The notes under the pieces were generated by a model that did not search any database, was not told the DNA's origin, and was given only the letters and a program-made list of their open reading frames with translations. The translations under genes were made by a program, and so were the position numbers. DNA of 64,000 nt from Octopus bimaculoides (Eukaryota). The DNA lies in contig NC_068992.1 of assembly GCF_001194135.2 (NCBI RefSeq), forward strand, positions 3,885,923 through 3,949,922, read 5' to 3'. Every line of letters begins with the position of its first letter. The first letter of the stretch is position 1. Below are positions 23,952-37,294 of this stretch, piece by piece.

Positions 23952-24639
23952 NNNNNNNNNNACACACACAAATACAAACACAAGCAATCACACTCAAATA
24001 CATACACACACACACAAACATACAAACGCAAAACAGGCACACATACACACACAAACACAGACAACAGCACACACGTACACACACTTACCTAAACGCTCAC
24101 ACACTCTCGCCCACACCATGATCTGCTAATGTGTCTACCTATGTGTGCATGTACGTTTGTATGTGTGTGTGGGTGTGTGGGTGTGTGTATGTATTTATGT
24201 CTGTATGTATGAACGTGTGTATGTGTGCGTGAATCGATGTGTCTTGTTACGTATGTTTAAGTACGGAGGCTGAAAAGAACCACAGTAAAACGCACGCGCG
24301 TGGGCAGACAAACAATCATGGCTGTATAAGTAGGTCACTGGGCAAAGAAGTAACATCTGGGAGTATTTGCAGGACAGTGCGTGCGCGGGCGTGAGCTTAC
24401 GTATAAAGATGTATAAAGTACGGATGGCAAGGGGGAGGGTAGGGGGTTTTATTCGATGGCGTGTGTGTGTGTGTGTGTGTGTGGCTCTGGGTACGTGTGT
24501 GTGTGTGTACGTAACGGTTTATTTCATATATTTGTGTTCTTGGGTTATGTGGAAAATGAAAACAGCTGTGGACATATTAAATATCTTCTCCAACTGTGCT
24601 ATTATGACTGCTGCTATTAAATGTTGGTGCTACTGTTGC

Positions 24640-24670
<31 letters not shown>

Positions 24671-24862
24671 GGTGTTACTGCAATGGTGGAGAAGATGCGC
24701 GTGCATGCATATTTGGCATTGCAGTCACGTTCAAAATGCATTGCAGAATGGAAGCAGAGCTGCATTCAATTCTATTGTTGTTTCCAGGCTCTTTGGCGGA
24801 CACATACATATATACATACAAACTTACATACATACATACATACATGCATGCATACATACATG

Positions 24863-24893
<31 letters not shown>

Positions 24894-25002
24894 TCATATA
24901 TACGTATATACGTACGCACATACATACATCCGTACATACATACATTCATGCATACGTATATACATAGATACGTACATGCATTCATCCATCCATCCATCCA
25001 TC

Positions 25003-25034
<32 letters not shown>

Positions 25035-25179
25035 CATATCTGCATACGTGCATGCACACGCGCAGACACACTTATACATACATATGCGCACCCACACTGT
25101 CATATATATATATATACATACATGTAAATGTACATCCACATTTACATACACACACTGAGGTATGCATATAAATAAATAA

Positions 25180-25228
<49 letters not shown>

Positions 25229-25393
25229 TGTATGTATATGTGTGTGTGTATGTGCCTGTGTGAGTGTACTGACGTATATATACTATGCATATAAACATAC
25301 ATGTAAGCACACACACACGCATGCAGCACACATACGTACATACGTATGTATGCATGCATCTATCTATCTATCCTACCCTATCCTATCTCTCTC

Positions 25394-25438
<45 letters not shown>

Positions 25439-25999
25439 ATAATGACTGTATGTGTATGTGTATGTATGCATATGTGTGTGTGTGCATATGTTAGACGCAA
25501 ACATGGGGTTGTGTTGAGAAATTCTCTCTACAACCATGTGATTTTGTTATTCAACTGAGCTGACCTTGGACAGATATTTCTTGTTTAGGCTCCTGTTGAA
25601 TTTTTCATTGTCAATGAATTAGGTGAACGGAAACTGCGCAGAAGACCGCCTAGCATAAGCGCACGCGTGCGCGCGTGTGTGTATTTGTGTATGTATGTGT
25701 GTGTTTGCATGTATGTGTGTATTTATCTATAAGTGTATATAAATGTATGTCTGTGTATGGATTATATATGTACATATATACACATATGAGTGTAAATAAC
25801 TTGTGTATGTGTGTATAAGTGCGTGCGTGAATTTCTATTTGTGTCTCACCGCCTGACAACCGGTGTCAGTTTCTTTACGTCCCTTTAACTTATGCAAAGA
25901 AAGATAGATTACCAGTTACAAAATTGTGTTCGACTAAAACTTTCACACACACGTACACACGCACATACACACATACGTATGTATGTGTGTATGTGTGTG

Positions 26000-26031
<32 letters not shown>

Positions 26032-26316
26032 TATATGTATGTATCCCTGTATGTGTTATGCATGCACGTATGTGTGTATGTATGTATCCATGTATATTCA
26101 TGTGTATGCATTAGTGTGTGCATATGTGCATGTACATACGGATGATCGTATGCCTGTCTGTGTGTATGTAAGTACGTATGTACATATGTATGCATATATG
26201 TTTATATGTGTATATTTGTGCATGTATGTGCTTAAGTATGCACGTATGTATGTCTGTATGTACGTAAGTACGTACATACGAATGTATGTATGTATGTACG
26301 TACGTACGTACGTATG

Positions 26317-26347
<31 letters not shown>

Positions 26348-26577
26348 TTATGTATGTATGTTTGTTCGTATGCATATGTCCTCTGACTGCGGATCTGACT
26401 CACTATATCGACTGCAATAATTCGTCTCAGGCTTAATTTGTTAATCACCATCGGTATACAAGTCCGCCCAAGGAAGGTAACCGATGGGCGAAAGACCAGA
26501 GAATATTTTGATGCCACTCCCAACCTTATCGTCCATCTCATCACAGGTATACATGGAAAAATATATCCACAGACACA

Positions 26578-26830
26578 TGCAAAATCGACCTCGGCGGAAT
26601 TTGAGCTCAGAACGCAAGGACGAACGATATGCTGCTGAGCATTTTGTCCGGAATGCCAACGATTCTTTTCAACTCTAGGCACAAGACCGAAAATTTTTGG
26701 TGAGGGGGCTAGTCGATTAGATCGACCTCAGTGCGCAACTGGTACTTAGTTAATCGACCTCAGAAGGATGAAAGGCTAGGTTGACCACGCCGCAATTTGA
26801 ACTCAGAACACAAAGACAGACAAAATACGG
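26578..26830 (-). mobile_element. Two tandem SINE family A copies inside the Penelope remnant
   Basis: cgacctcggcggaatttgagctcagaac and gcaatttgaactcagaac. Confidence 0.85.
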
Positions 26831-27635
26831 TTCATTGATGAAACCATTTTTTGTCTGGGAAGGATCACAGGGTAGTTTAATCGACTTCTTGCATTTCGTG
26901 ACCGTTATGCTAAAAACTATGGCTTTAAGTCCAACATAAAATTTACGTTTTGTTTTTCAAAAACTTGCGTTGAATTTTTGGACAAAAAAGTTAAGATTTC
27001 TGGGGGCAGAATAGTGACAGAGTTAGTTTGCAAGTCCACGTCATCCCACATTTACCTCCACCAACGCTCCGTACACTATTATGTCAAACACGATTATAGT
27101 GAATCACGATTAAAGGAAATAGGAAATCAGATAGCTTAGATTAGCAAAGAAAGTTAAACCTTCACGCATAATCTTATCAGACACAATACAATATGTGACA
27201 GAATTCCTTTAGTGATTAACTGGCACTGAAATTTCGCTGGCATTTCAAGTGTTGCATGAAAGTTACCAGCATGTTGCTGAAAATTATCCTCGTTTCAAAT
27301 AGATATTTCCTCAGCCGCCTATTGTAGCCTTTAGACGGAATAAAAATATAAGACTATTGACCTCCGTTTCTGACTCCAAGAAAATTAACATTGGAGTATC
27401 TGCACGCTGTACCTTGAAAAATAGCCGCAAGGTAGGTAAGTCCTGTTTATTGTGCAACAAGATGAGTTAAGTGAATTCCATCAGGAATCATTACAGAAAT
27501 GCTATGATTTATACAGAAGGTGGGACATGTAGAGATTCCTATTTGGTGTACGTGACAGAATGCACGAAACACGGCTTGATTTATGTTGATTTTAAACAAA
27601 AGATTTAATGGGCACAGATATGACGTCAGGCTGAA

Positions 27636-27685
27636 CGGATGAAAGGCAAAGTCGACCCCGGCGGAATTTGAACTCCTCAGAACAA
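27636..27685 (-). mobile_element. SINE family A core fragment
   Basis: ggatgaaaggcaaagtcgaccccggcggaatttgaactc. Confidence 0.8.
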
Positions 27686-27999
27686 TAACAGCAGTTCGAC
27701 AGAACTTGCCGAACCTTTTCCTTCAAACGGCTACAACTCTGAAAAAAACTTGGAAGTGCATATTCTCAAAAAATATTCTGAATCTGCTATACTTTCAATA
27801 CTCAAAACGCATGACGAGAAATATGTTTGCGGGTTATTAATATCACAGCCTGGAGGAATGAATAAAACGACAGGAGAATTTAAGGAAACTGTTTGATTAA
27901 ATATTCTTTTTACTTTTCTTTTTTACTTTTTTTTTTTGTGTCTTTTTCTTTTCGCCAGTTATAAAATTATTATTGTTGTTGGCAATTATTTATTATTGT

Positions 28000-28042
28000 T
28001 TGATGGCATGCACTGCTCTCTCACTCAATAATAATAATAATA
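28000..28042 (+). mobile_element. 3' terminus of family E with (AAT)n tail
   Basis: tgatggcatgcactgctctctcactcaataataat is the reverse complement of the 32851 end. Confidence 0.75.
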
Positions 28043-28057
28043 ATGATAAACTTTTCT

Positions 28058-28262
28058 ACTGAAGGCATAAGGCCTGAAATTTGTGGGGTAAGGACTGGTC
28101 GATTACATTGACCACGGTGTTTCACTGGTACTTAATTTATCGATCGCGAAAGGATGAAAGGCAAAGTCATCCTCGGTGGAATTTGAACTCAGTACGAGCG
28201 ACACGCGAAATACACTTAACCATTTCATCCAGCGTGCTAACGATTCTGCCAGCTTGCCGCCT
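28058..28262 (-). mobile_element. SINE family A
   Basis: ggatgaaaggcaaagtc...gaatttgaactcag...gattctgccagcttgccgcc. Confidence 0.9.
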
Positions 28263-28714
28263 GTGATGACGATGACGATGATGACGACGACAACGACGAT
28301 GATGATGGTGATGACGGTGACGTTAATGACAGCAATATCTGCTAACATAAGCACACAGACACGGGATTATAAGAAGGCGACACTCGACTCCAGTATTTGT
28401 TTGTATCCTCCCTAAATGCTTCAGAGACAACGTCATCCTAGGATAGATTTGAATGCAGAATGCGAAGAATTTTTTCCAATGTTCTGTTGATTATGCCTTC
28501 CATTGCACATATATTATCAAATTCTTCGACGATTTCTGCAGAGACCGTTGCCTGATTTCGGTTTAGAAATGCGTCAATAACACCTTGGGCATAAGTAAAA
28601 GAATACTAAATTAAGTAAACTAACACTTAACCAAAATATAAGAAACAGAGATAAGAGAATTAGAACAAGGACGCATCGAGAAATATTTGACAAATAAAGA
28701 AGCTGACAACAGAC

Positions 28715-28895
28715 TACAAAACGTGGCCACGTCGTTAAGAAGTTTGCTTTCCAAGCATGAGGTATTGGGTTCGGTCGCATCGCGTGGCGCTCTAGGCGAA
28801 CCAAATAACTTTTGAAATAGCCCCGGACCTACCAAAGTTTTGTGAGTACATTCAAACCTGCAAAGAAGCCCATCCTATATATATTATATGTATAT
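28715..28895 (+). mobile_element. Degenerate SINE family B, 5' half
   Basis: aagaagtttgctttccaagcatg..gggttcggtc..accaaagttttgtgagt..aagaagcccatc then (AT)n. Confidence 0.65.
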
Positions 28896-29184
28896 ATACA
28901 AATATTCTATAATCATATAGATAATTATAGTCAGAGGTCAGTTAATTGCATCGCCACGTACTGCATTAGAAATAAGAGCTAAATACCTTTTCTACTACCA
29001 TAAAGATCTCCGAGATAGAAACACTTCTGTTTTTAAAGTAGGCCTAAGTAAAAAAGTGTGTTACTGTCTGGGAGATCTTTATGGTAGTATATATATATAT
29101 ATATATCTATATATATATATATAATTATTATTATTATTATTAAAATATATACATATATATACAGAAGGAGAGAGAGAGAAAGCA

Positions 29185-29665
29185 AAAACGTGGCCCCTGT
29201 CGAAGGCCCCGGCAAAGTTGATCGATGGTTTCGATAGCAGAACCTTGAGAATCATTGAGAGCATCAAATGGCACCATGACGTTTGCAACAATGAACTGCA
29301 TGCGCAGACGCATCAGAGCACAGATTTCCACCTCATAGCTATTTGTCGATTGCGCTGGTACGGTCATGTTCTTTGTCTCTCGCTAGATCATCCTTCAAGA
29401 GCTTTACCCTCATTCGATGTAGCAGCTGCGAGTTGAAAGAGACCTCATGGTAGGATCCCACTCAAGATGGATGGACGTGATTAAAGAAGATCTCCAGAAC
29501 TTCGACGTCACCTCGGAGGATACAGAGGGGTTGGCACGGGAGCGCCAGCGATAGAAAGCACTGGTGAACCTGGTCGGCTCAAAGCATGATCACGGCCCTA
29601 TGACCCCTAACCTGAGATACCCAGAACCCCATCAAGCAAGCAAGTGAGCGAGCAAGCAAGCAAGC
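29185..29665 (+). mobile_element. RTE-clade LINE 3' end
   Basis: WPLS..GFDSRTLRII.SIKW..V.N.EL..RLRWYGHVL..RPHGR..WMDVIK.DL; (CAAG)n tail. Confidence 0.85.
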
Positions 29666-30161
29666 ATACATTTCCTTGTCTGCCCTAATTTCGTTATCTC
29701 TGTTTAGTATTAATTTATTTAATTTAGAATTAGTAAACTTCTATTCAAGGTGTTCTTGATGCAATTTTTAAAACTGTATTCATGCAAATTTCTTGATAGG
29801 ATTCGTGCCTGATAAGATATGTACTCGTCATATGCTGGGTTAAATGACGGGGAAAAAATTGGGCAATTAGAGGCATAGCCGACAGAACACCGTGTATTTT
29901 CAGGCAATCATTGCCTGAAAATATACGGCATCCTATACAGTCTTGTCCAACCATTGTATATTCAGAGGTATGGAGCTAGTAATAGCACACATTTAAATAT
30001 ATATATATGTATATATATTTGGGTGTGAATGGTTTCGTAAAGCTGTGTCGAGCTTTACAATTCTGTAATTAATGCGAATAGAATTTTTTTTATAAGCTTC
30101 TTATCGCGTGCAAATAATGGGGCATATAAGCGCTCGACAGAAAAAAGTAGTAGGATTTCCT

Positions 30162-30235
30162 GTATGCGTGGGACTCGAACCCACATCCCTTTGTTAAAGC
30201 GGCTAAGTATGTTACCGATTACACCAGCGAACTAA
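30162..30235 (-). other. tRNA-like Pol III unit (tRNA pseudogene or orphan SINE head)
   Basis: A box TGGTGTAATCGG, D stem GTGT/ACAT, T arm GTGGG-TTCGAGT-CCCAC, T6 ~15 nt downstream; acceptor and anticodon stems do not pair. Confidence 0.6.
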
Positions 30236-31090
30236 CCTGCTCCTTTCTGTCAAATTTAAGAAGCATATTATTTTGTAGTTGTTTTTGAAAACAAACTTTA
30301 TGTGCTTTCAGTGCAAATGACAACACAAGGGTTGGCATTTGTAAATTATGCTTAACGGAATCGCTAATCATACTTCTCCACCACAACCCCTCATTACTTA
30401 ATAGATTCTCAGATGTAATACTGTCTTGTAAACACAGGTTCTACTCATCATTTGTCCATTTCATTAAATCTATGTAATACCATAACTATAATTATCCTTA
30501 ATTAGCCCTTGGGCTAATTCAGAAACTCATACTATATTAAGTATACTGTCCATAATACATACATGTACACACACGCGCGCGCACACACACACGTGTGTGT
30601 GTGAGAGTGTAAGTGCCTGTGTACATGCAAGTGTTATGCGTGTGCCAAGATTGTATGCCTGAACTGATTATTATTCATAGAATTCGACTAGTATTTAACC
30701 TAACCGAAATCGATATGATGAAAAGCTGTCTGTCTATTAATGAAGAGTTGTAATGTCGGAGGAAAATAAATACTGCGACATATAGGCCGGTGCCATTGGG
30801 TCAGACCATAAACGAGCATAAGCGGTCAATCATTAAAATATAGCTTTGGTGTCCGAGCAATAAATCATTCTGATGTTAAGAACAATAACTGAGCCAAGTG
30901 AAAGAATCATCGTTTGTTCGGTTTCCTGGACTCTTTCGTTTCTAAATCGTCATCATAGCGAAGAGACTGTTTGCAGACTGTTTCGAAATCTCCTTTTATC
31001 GTTATTTGATTGTTAATAAACGTAACGAACTTTATGGGAAATATGAGGTTCTTCAGACTTCGTATTTCCATCAATTGATATTCATATACG

Positions 31091-31133
<43 letters not shown>

Positions 31134-31501
31134 NNNNNNNNNNNNNNNNNNNNNNNNNNNNNNNNNNNNNNNNNNNNNNNNNNNNNNNNNNNNNNNNNNN
31201 NNNNNNNNNNNNNNNNNNNNNNNNNNNNNNNNNNNNNNNNNNNNNNNNNNNNNNNNNNNNNNNNNNNNNNNNNNNNNNNNNNNNNNNNNNNNNNNNNNNN
31301 NNNNNNNNNNNNNNNNNNNNNNNNNNNNNNNNNNNNNNNNNNNNNNNNNNNNNNNNNNNNNNNNNNNNNNNNNNNNNNNNNNNNNNNNNNNNNNNNNNNN
31401 NNNNNNNNNNNNNNNNNNNNNNNNNNNNNNNNNNNNNNNNNNNNNNNNNNNNNNNNNNNNNNNNNNNNNNNNNNNNNNNNNNNNNNNNNNNNNNNNNNNN
31501 N

Positions 31502-31540
<39 letters not shown>

Positions 31541-31599
31541 GTATATATATATTTATATATTTTTTTTATAGTTTCAGCTTAGAGCATGCACATACATAT

Positions 31600-31840
31600 A
31601 TATATATGTATGTGTGTGTATCTTTCTGTTTGTGTCTTCCCACCTCCACCACCACCATTTGCCAACCGGTGCTGTTCTTTATGTACCCCGTAACTTGACG
31701 GTTCGACGAAAAGAATCCGATACAATAAGTACGAAGCTTTCATAAATAACTACTGGTGGTCGATTTCTTCGACTAAAATTCTCAAGGCGTTGCCCCAGCA
31801 TGGACGTAGTTTAATGATAGAAACAAGTAAAAGATAAATA
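31600..31840 (+). mobile_element. SINE family B, 3' half
   Basis: ccccgtaacttgacggttcg..aataagtac..ccagcatggacgtagtttaatgatagaaacaagtaaaaga. Confidence 0.8.
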
Positions 31841-32456
31841 TACAACATACAAACAAACAAAAAAATGGTTCTCTGTTGAATATATTTATTATAAAAGAAT
31901 CCATGTTGTTATTTCCTAGCATTCACGTTTCTGGTCTTATGTCCTCCTAATACTGTTCTTTCTTATTAAGTCCAGTCAAAAATTATTCGAGTATTCTTCA
32001 TTGTAATATTCCTGCCAACTCATATTCATCCATTACTCCTTCCTTCTTCTCCCGCTAATTTTATTCAACCTATTCTCAATATCATCTCCTTCATCGTGTG
32101 TTGAACATCACACTAAATTTTATCTTATCACAAAAATCTGTATTCATAGTCGTATCAGCATGTCATATCTTGTAATTCGAGGCCGGTTTTATAGCGTTAA
32201 AAAAGACAAGGAAACTGAAAAGAAAACAACAAGAAAAAAATATAACAAAAGAAAACTAGCACCTATAACTAAACCTCAATGACGTCAATATCCAAAATCA
32301 CGTGATATTGGTTTTCTAAAATTTTTTATTTAGCATGCTTGTTCTGTAGCGTTGCTACTTTTCTCAATGCTTTGGATAATAACCTGTAATATCATATTAC
32401 AAGTCATAAGAAAATGAAAATGTTACATTCATGTTAACATTCTGTCTTGGCTCAGC

Positions 32457-32512
<56 letters not shown>

Positions 32513-32519
32513 CATTATT

Positions 32520-32720
32520 AAGACAGCGAGCTGGAGGACAAAGTGCTTTGCGACATTTTCGTACCTCTTTACGTTCTGAGTTCAAAATCCGCCGAGGTCC
32601 GCTTTGCCTCTCATTCTTGCGGAAGCTTATAAAACAAGAACCGGTTGAGCACTTGGATCGATGTAACTGACCAGCATCGCTGCCCACAACTTCAGGTCTT
32701 TTGCCTAAAATAGAAACGAT
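32520..32720 (+). mobile_element. SINE family A
   Basis: cagcgagctgg..ttacgttctgagttcaaaatccgccgaggtc..gagcacttggatcgatgtaa. Confidence 0.8.
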
Positions 32721-32850
32721 TATTCATTGACATCATCACCATTATTACATGCTGCTATCATGAATATCCTCCTCCTTCTCTGCCGCCGCCGCCATCCTCA
32801 TCCTCATCTTCATCCTCATCCTCTTCCTCCTCCTTATTGTTTTTATCATT

Positions 32851-33147
32851 ATTGAGTGAGAGAGCAGCGTATGTCACCAAAGTGACTGCGCGGGTATAAT
32901 TATGCAAAGCCCAGTATGCCCATCATGACTATCCGTTCGATAAGGGTACATCAAGTACATGCATCACAGCATTATGCATGCGACATGGTGATCTCATATC
33001 AAGATAAACAGTGCATGACCTTGCAGGTGAGACCCAGTGAGAATTTTCTTCAGGACCAGTCGCCCATCCAGCTCAAAATGTCCCTGAATAAGAGTTATTT
33101 AAGGATGATGAACGAAACACACATGTTACCAGAGGTGAATTATTCAA
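32851..33147 (-). mobile_element. Repeat family E ((AAT)n-tailed, SINE-like)
   Basis: Shares segments with 8648-8735 and 28000-28042. Confidence 0.75.
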
Positions 33148-33669
33148 ATTACAATATAGAATTATTCAGATTACAATATAGAATGATGATGAACTAGAAC
33201 TTCGGACCCTGCCACAAGAATACGTGGAGTTCTTTACTAACCAAGCGACATTGTCAACCTGGTGTACTAACAGAGGCTTATAAAGTATTGATAATCCCTC
33301 ACTAATAAATCTGTTATATATATATATATATNNNNNNNNNNNNNNNNNNNNNNNNNNNNNNNNNNNNNNNNNNNNNNNNNNNNNNNNNNNNNNNNNNNNN
33401 NNNNNNNNNNNNNNNNNNNNNNNNNNNNNNNNNNNNNNNNNNNNNNNNNNNNNNNNNNNNNNNNNNNNNNNNNNNNNNNNNNNNNNNNNNNNNNNNNNNN
33501 NNNNNNNNNNNNNNNNNNNNNNNNNNNNNNNNNNNNNNNNNNNNNNNNNNNNNNNNNNNNNNNNNNNNNNNNNNNNNNNNNNNNNNNNNNNNNNNNNNNN
33601 NNNNNNNNNNNNNNNNNNNNNNNNNNNNNNNNNNNNNNNNNNNNNNNNNNNNNNNNNNNNNNNNNNNNN

Positions 33670-33705
<36 letters not shown>

Positions 33706-34167
33706 GAGAGAGAGAGAGAGAGAGTTAAATACACTGGTTGCAAAATATTAAAAATCAGCGATAAAGTAAAAGAAAAAATGGAGTAAAAGATTCTTCAGTT
33801 CTTCTTCGAAATCTGCTACGTGATAATGTAAGCATAGTATTCGCAGGAACCAAGAAATAACGACATAAAAAAAAAAGAAAATCAAACTATATAGAACAAA
33901 AAAAAAAGAGAAAAGGAAAAAAGAAAAGAAAAATGAAAACAAGACAGCAGAGAAACAAGAAAAATGGAGAACGAGAAAGGAGAAAAAATGAACACAGATA
34001 CAGAAAAAGAAAAAGATAAAAAAACCAAGAATGAGATTAATTTACAAGAAAAAGAAAGTGTCATTGTATGAAAACTGCAAAGCAAACCTCAGCTCTCAGC
34101 AAGTAACCGACGAACGAAAGAAAGAAAGAGAGAGAGAGAGAGAGGGAGAGAGAGAGANNNNNNNNNN

Positions 34168-34227
<60 letters not shown>

Positions 34228-34529
34228 AGAAAAACAAAAGCCATTACAGTAAAAATTAAGAAAGCAGTAAGTATAAAGAATGCAGAAATAAAGTATAAAG
34301 TAATTAACAATGAAGCTTCTGACATTGGTTACAATGTTTAGGTTAGGATAATCACTGTGGAGCAAGGCTGGGTATATCTGCGTCTGTCCCAGTAACCCGG
34401 GTAACTAGATTATTACACGAGCATTCCAGTGAAGGGCGTCATTTTCTCATGGCTAAATATGCAAACGTAGGAAACTCACTCTCTATCGTCACTCTCTCTT
34501 CCACCCTCACCATCACGCTTCTAACACAC

Positions 34530-34560
<31 letters not shown>

Positions 34561-34691
34561 GTGTGTACATACATGCATACATACATATATACATACACAT
34601 ATATATCTATATATACATACATACACACACATATATATATCTATATCTTATACATAAAGACGGTTTACAGCAATACTACACACACGCACAC

Positions 34692-34733
<42 letters not shown>

Positions 34734-35669
34734 NNNNNNNNNNNNNNNNNNNNNNNNNNNNNNNNNNNNNNNNNNNNNNNNNNNNNNNNNNNNNNNNNNN
34801 NNNNNNNNNNNNNNNNNNNNNNNNNNNNNNNNNNNNNNNNNNNNNNNNNNNNNNNNNNNNNNNNNNNNNNNNNNNNNNNNNNNNNNNNNNNNNNNNNNNN
34901 NNNNNNNNNNNNNNNNNNNNNNNNNNNNNNNNNNNNNNNNNNNNNNNNNNNNNNNNNNNNNNNNNNNNNNNNNNNNNNNNNNNNNNNNNNNNNNNNNNNN
35001 NNNNNNNNNNNNNNNNNNNNNNNNNNNNNNNNNNNNNNNNNNNNNNNNNNNNNNNNNNNNNNNNNNNNNNNNNNNNNNNNNNNNNNNNNNNNNNNNNNNN
35101 NNNNNNNNNNNNNNNNNNNNNNNNNNNNNNNNNNNNNNNNNNNNNNNNNNNNNNNNNNNNNNNNNNNNNNNNNNNNNNNNNNNNNNNNNNNNNNNNNNNN
35201 NNNNNNNNNNNNNNNNNNNNNNNNNNNNNNNNNNNNNNNNNNNNNNNNNNNNNNNNNNNNNNNNNNNNNNNNNNNNNNNNNNNNNNNNNNNNNNNNNNNN
35301 NNNNNNNNNNNNNNNNNNNNNNNNNNNNNNNNNNNNNNNNNNNNNNNNNNNNNNNNNNNNNNNNNNNNNNNNNNNNNNNNNNNNNNNNNNNNNNNNNNNN
35401 NNNNNNNNNNNNNNNNNNNNNNNNNNNNNNNNNNNNNNNNNNNNNNNNNNNNNNNNNNNNNNNNNNNNNNNNNNNNNNNNNNNNNNNNNNNNNNNNNNNN
35501 NNNNNNNNNNNNNNNNNNNNNNNNNNNNNNNNNNNNNNNNNNNNNNNNNNNNNNNNNNNNNNNNNNNNNNCACACACACACACACACACACGCCCACACA
35601 CACACACACACATACACAGATGCACACATATGTACGAGCGTGGGCTGCAAAGTTTATTAGCTTATTAAA

Positions 35670-35845
35670 AACTGCATTGTTTCTTCGTCTGTCTACGTTC
35701 TGAGTTCAAATCCCGCCGACCTCGACTTTGCCTTTCATCCATTCGGGGTCGATGAATTAAGTACCAGTTACGTACTGGGTCGATCTAATCGACTGGACCC
35801 CCTCCTCCAAAATTTCGAGCCCTGTGCCTAGAGTAGAAAAGATTA
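35670..35845 (+). mobile_element. SINE family A
   Basis: ttctgagttcaaatcccgccgacctcgactttgcc...gcctagagtagaaaagatt. Confidence 0.9.
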
Positions 35846-37058
35846 ATAACTGCATTGTTTCTTACCGGGTAAAGTGACAACTCGCTGACTGCTCAAATAA
35901 TTACTTCAAAAGTAACCAGTCGCAGTTTTTCTTGAAAATAGACAGAATATATGCATGCTTGTATGCATGTATTAAGAAGTTGGAGGAACGGGGAAATGAT
36001 ATTCTACCATTGCCACGTTATTCCCAATAACTCTCTTGAATTGATTGTCATTTCATGAAGCATCAGGACACATTCTTACATAAACGATTTCCAAAACCAA
36101 TAAGCAGCTGAAAAAGTTTTCACGCATTCATCGCTTCGAGGCTTTAGAATTTTATGCTGTGAAAATAAATGTACTTGTTTCCTATTGCCAAAAATATGCT
36201 GAATCTCATGATTATGTTATGTTCTGAGTTGAGATATATTGCTTAAAATAGATGGTTAGAATCCACAATTATTTTTTCACCAGCATGATGGAGTACATAC
36301 GCACCACGTTCCCGCACGCACGCGTATATGTATACGCATGCGTAATATATATCATATAAACATATATATATATCGGATGATACAGAGATGTAAATGTGTG
36401 TGGGCGGAGTGTATCATATATGTTCAATATATCCGATTAAAAGTGCACCTTTGTGATTCTCGAATTCTTTTTCAAATGAAATGCATAAAAATCTGAGTTG
36501 AAATCAAAAGTTCGTGTCATAATTTAATTACTAGAGGCATGTGATATTTTTGAAATTAGAAATATTTCCGTTCTTATTTCATTGATTGATTTTCCGATAG
36601 AAACCTATTTAGCATCCACCTTTTGTAAACCTGCCTTTCTGCAGAAGAAGGAAGTATTGATCGCAGTGAAACAATTCATAGTGTGACTGATGTATTGTTT
36701 TATAAAGAATGATTGACAAAAAAGTAAAAAGAAAAAGAAAATAAGGAAAATGAAATTAATACAAGTAAAATATTTCTTTACAATTAGTGTCATCTGATGC
36801 AATGGTCACATGACATATAGAATAGAAGAAACGCAATGTTTTATTTCTTGCGTTTTTATAGTAATATCCAAGTTGCAACGAGATTGTAGTCGAAGTAAAG
36901 TGGGACAAATTTTGGTGAGTAAAAAGCAGAAGGGAGGTACTAGCTTTGTTCAATTCTCGTTTATTTTCGTAAAGGCTTTGTCAGAAAATTGACATCATCC
37001 ATGTGTCATTTCAGAGCCTTCAGGGTCTCTGTAAATACAATAGAGAGTAAATTATATT

Positions 37059-37270
37059 GGTTTCAAATTTTAGTACAAAGACAAATGTTGGATAAGGGGT
37101 TAAATGTGTTATATGAACCTCAGTGATCCACTGGTACTTATTTCATCAACCTCGAAAGGATGAAAGCAAAGTCGATTTCGGCGGGATTTGAACTCAGAGC
37201 ATAAAGACGGACGAAATGCCGCTAAGTATTGTGTCCGGCGTGCTAACCATTCTGCCATCTTGCCGCCATA
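37059..37270 (-). mobile_element. SINE family A with 17-bp target-site duplication
   Basis: agagagtaaattatatt at 37042-37058 and 37271-37287 flanks a full copy. Confidence 0.9.
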
Positions 37271-37294
37271 AGAGAGTAAATTATATTAAAAGTG

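Larger units (their letters stand above)
26400..27896 (+). mobile_element. Penelope-like element ORF remnant (RT + GIY-YIG), interrupted by SINEs
   Basis: PMG..NILM, FLDKKV..K.T..HIYL, RIPLV, PPIVAFRRNKNI, C.LC, GTCRDSYLVYVTECTKHGLIYV, KQRFNGHRYDV, LEVHILKK, QPGGMNK; many stops and frameshifts. Confidence 0.85.

Noticed and set aside
36636-36710. Acceptor-like tttctgcag followed by a short open frame
   Set aside because: Only ~20 codons, unrecognised peptide, no partner exons
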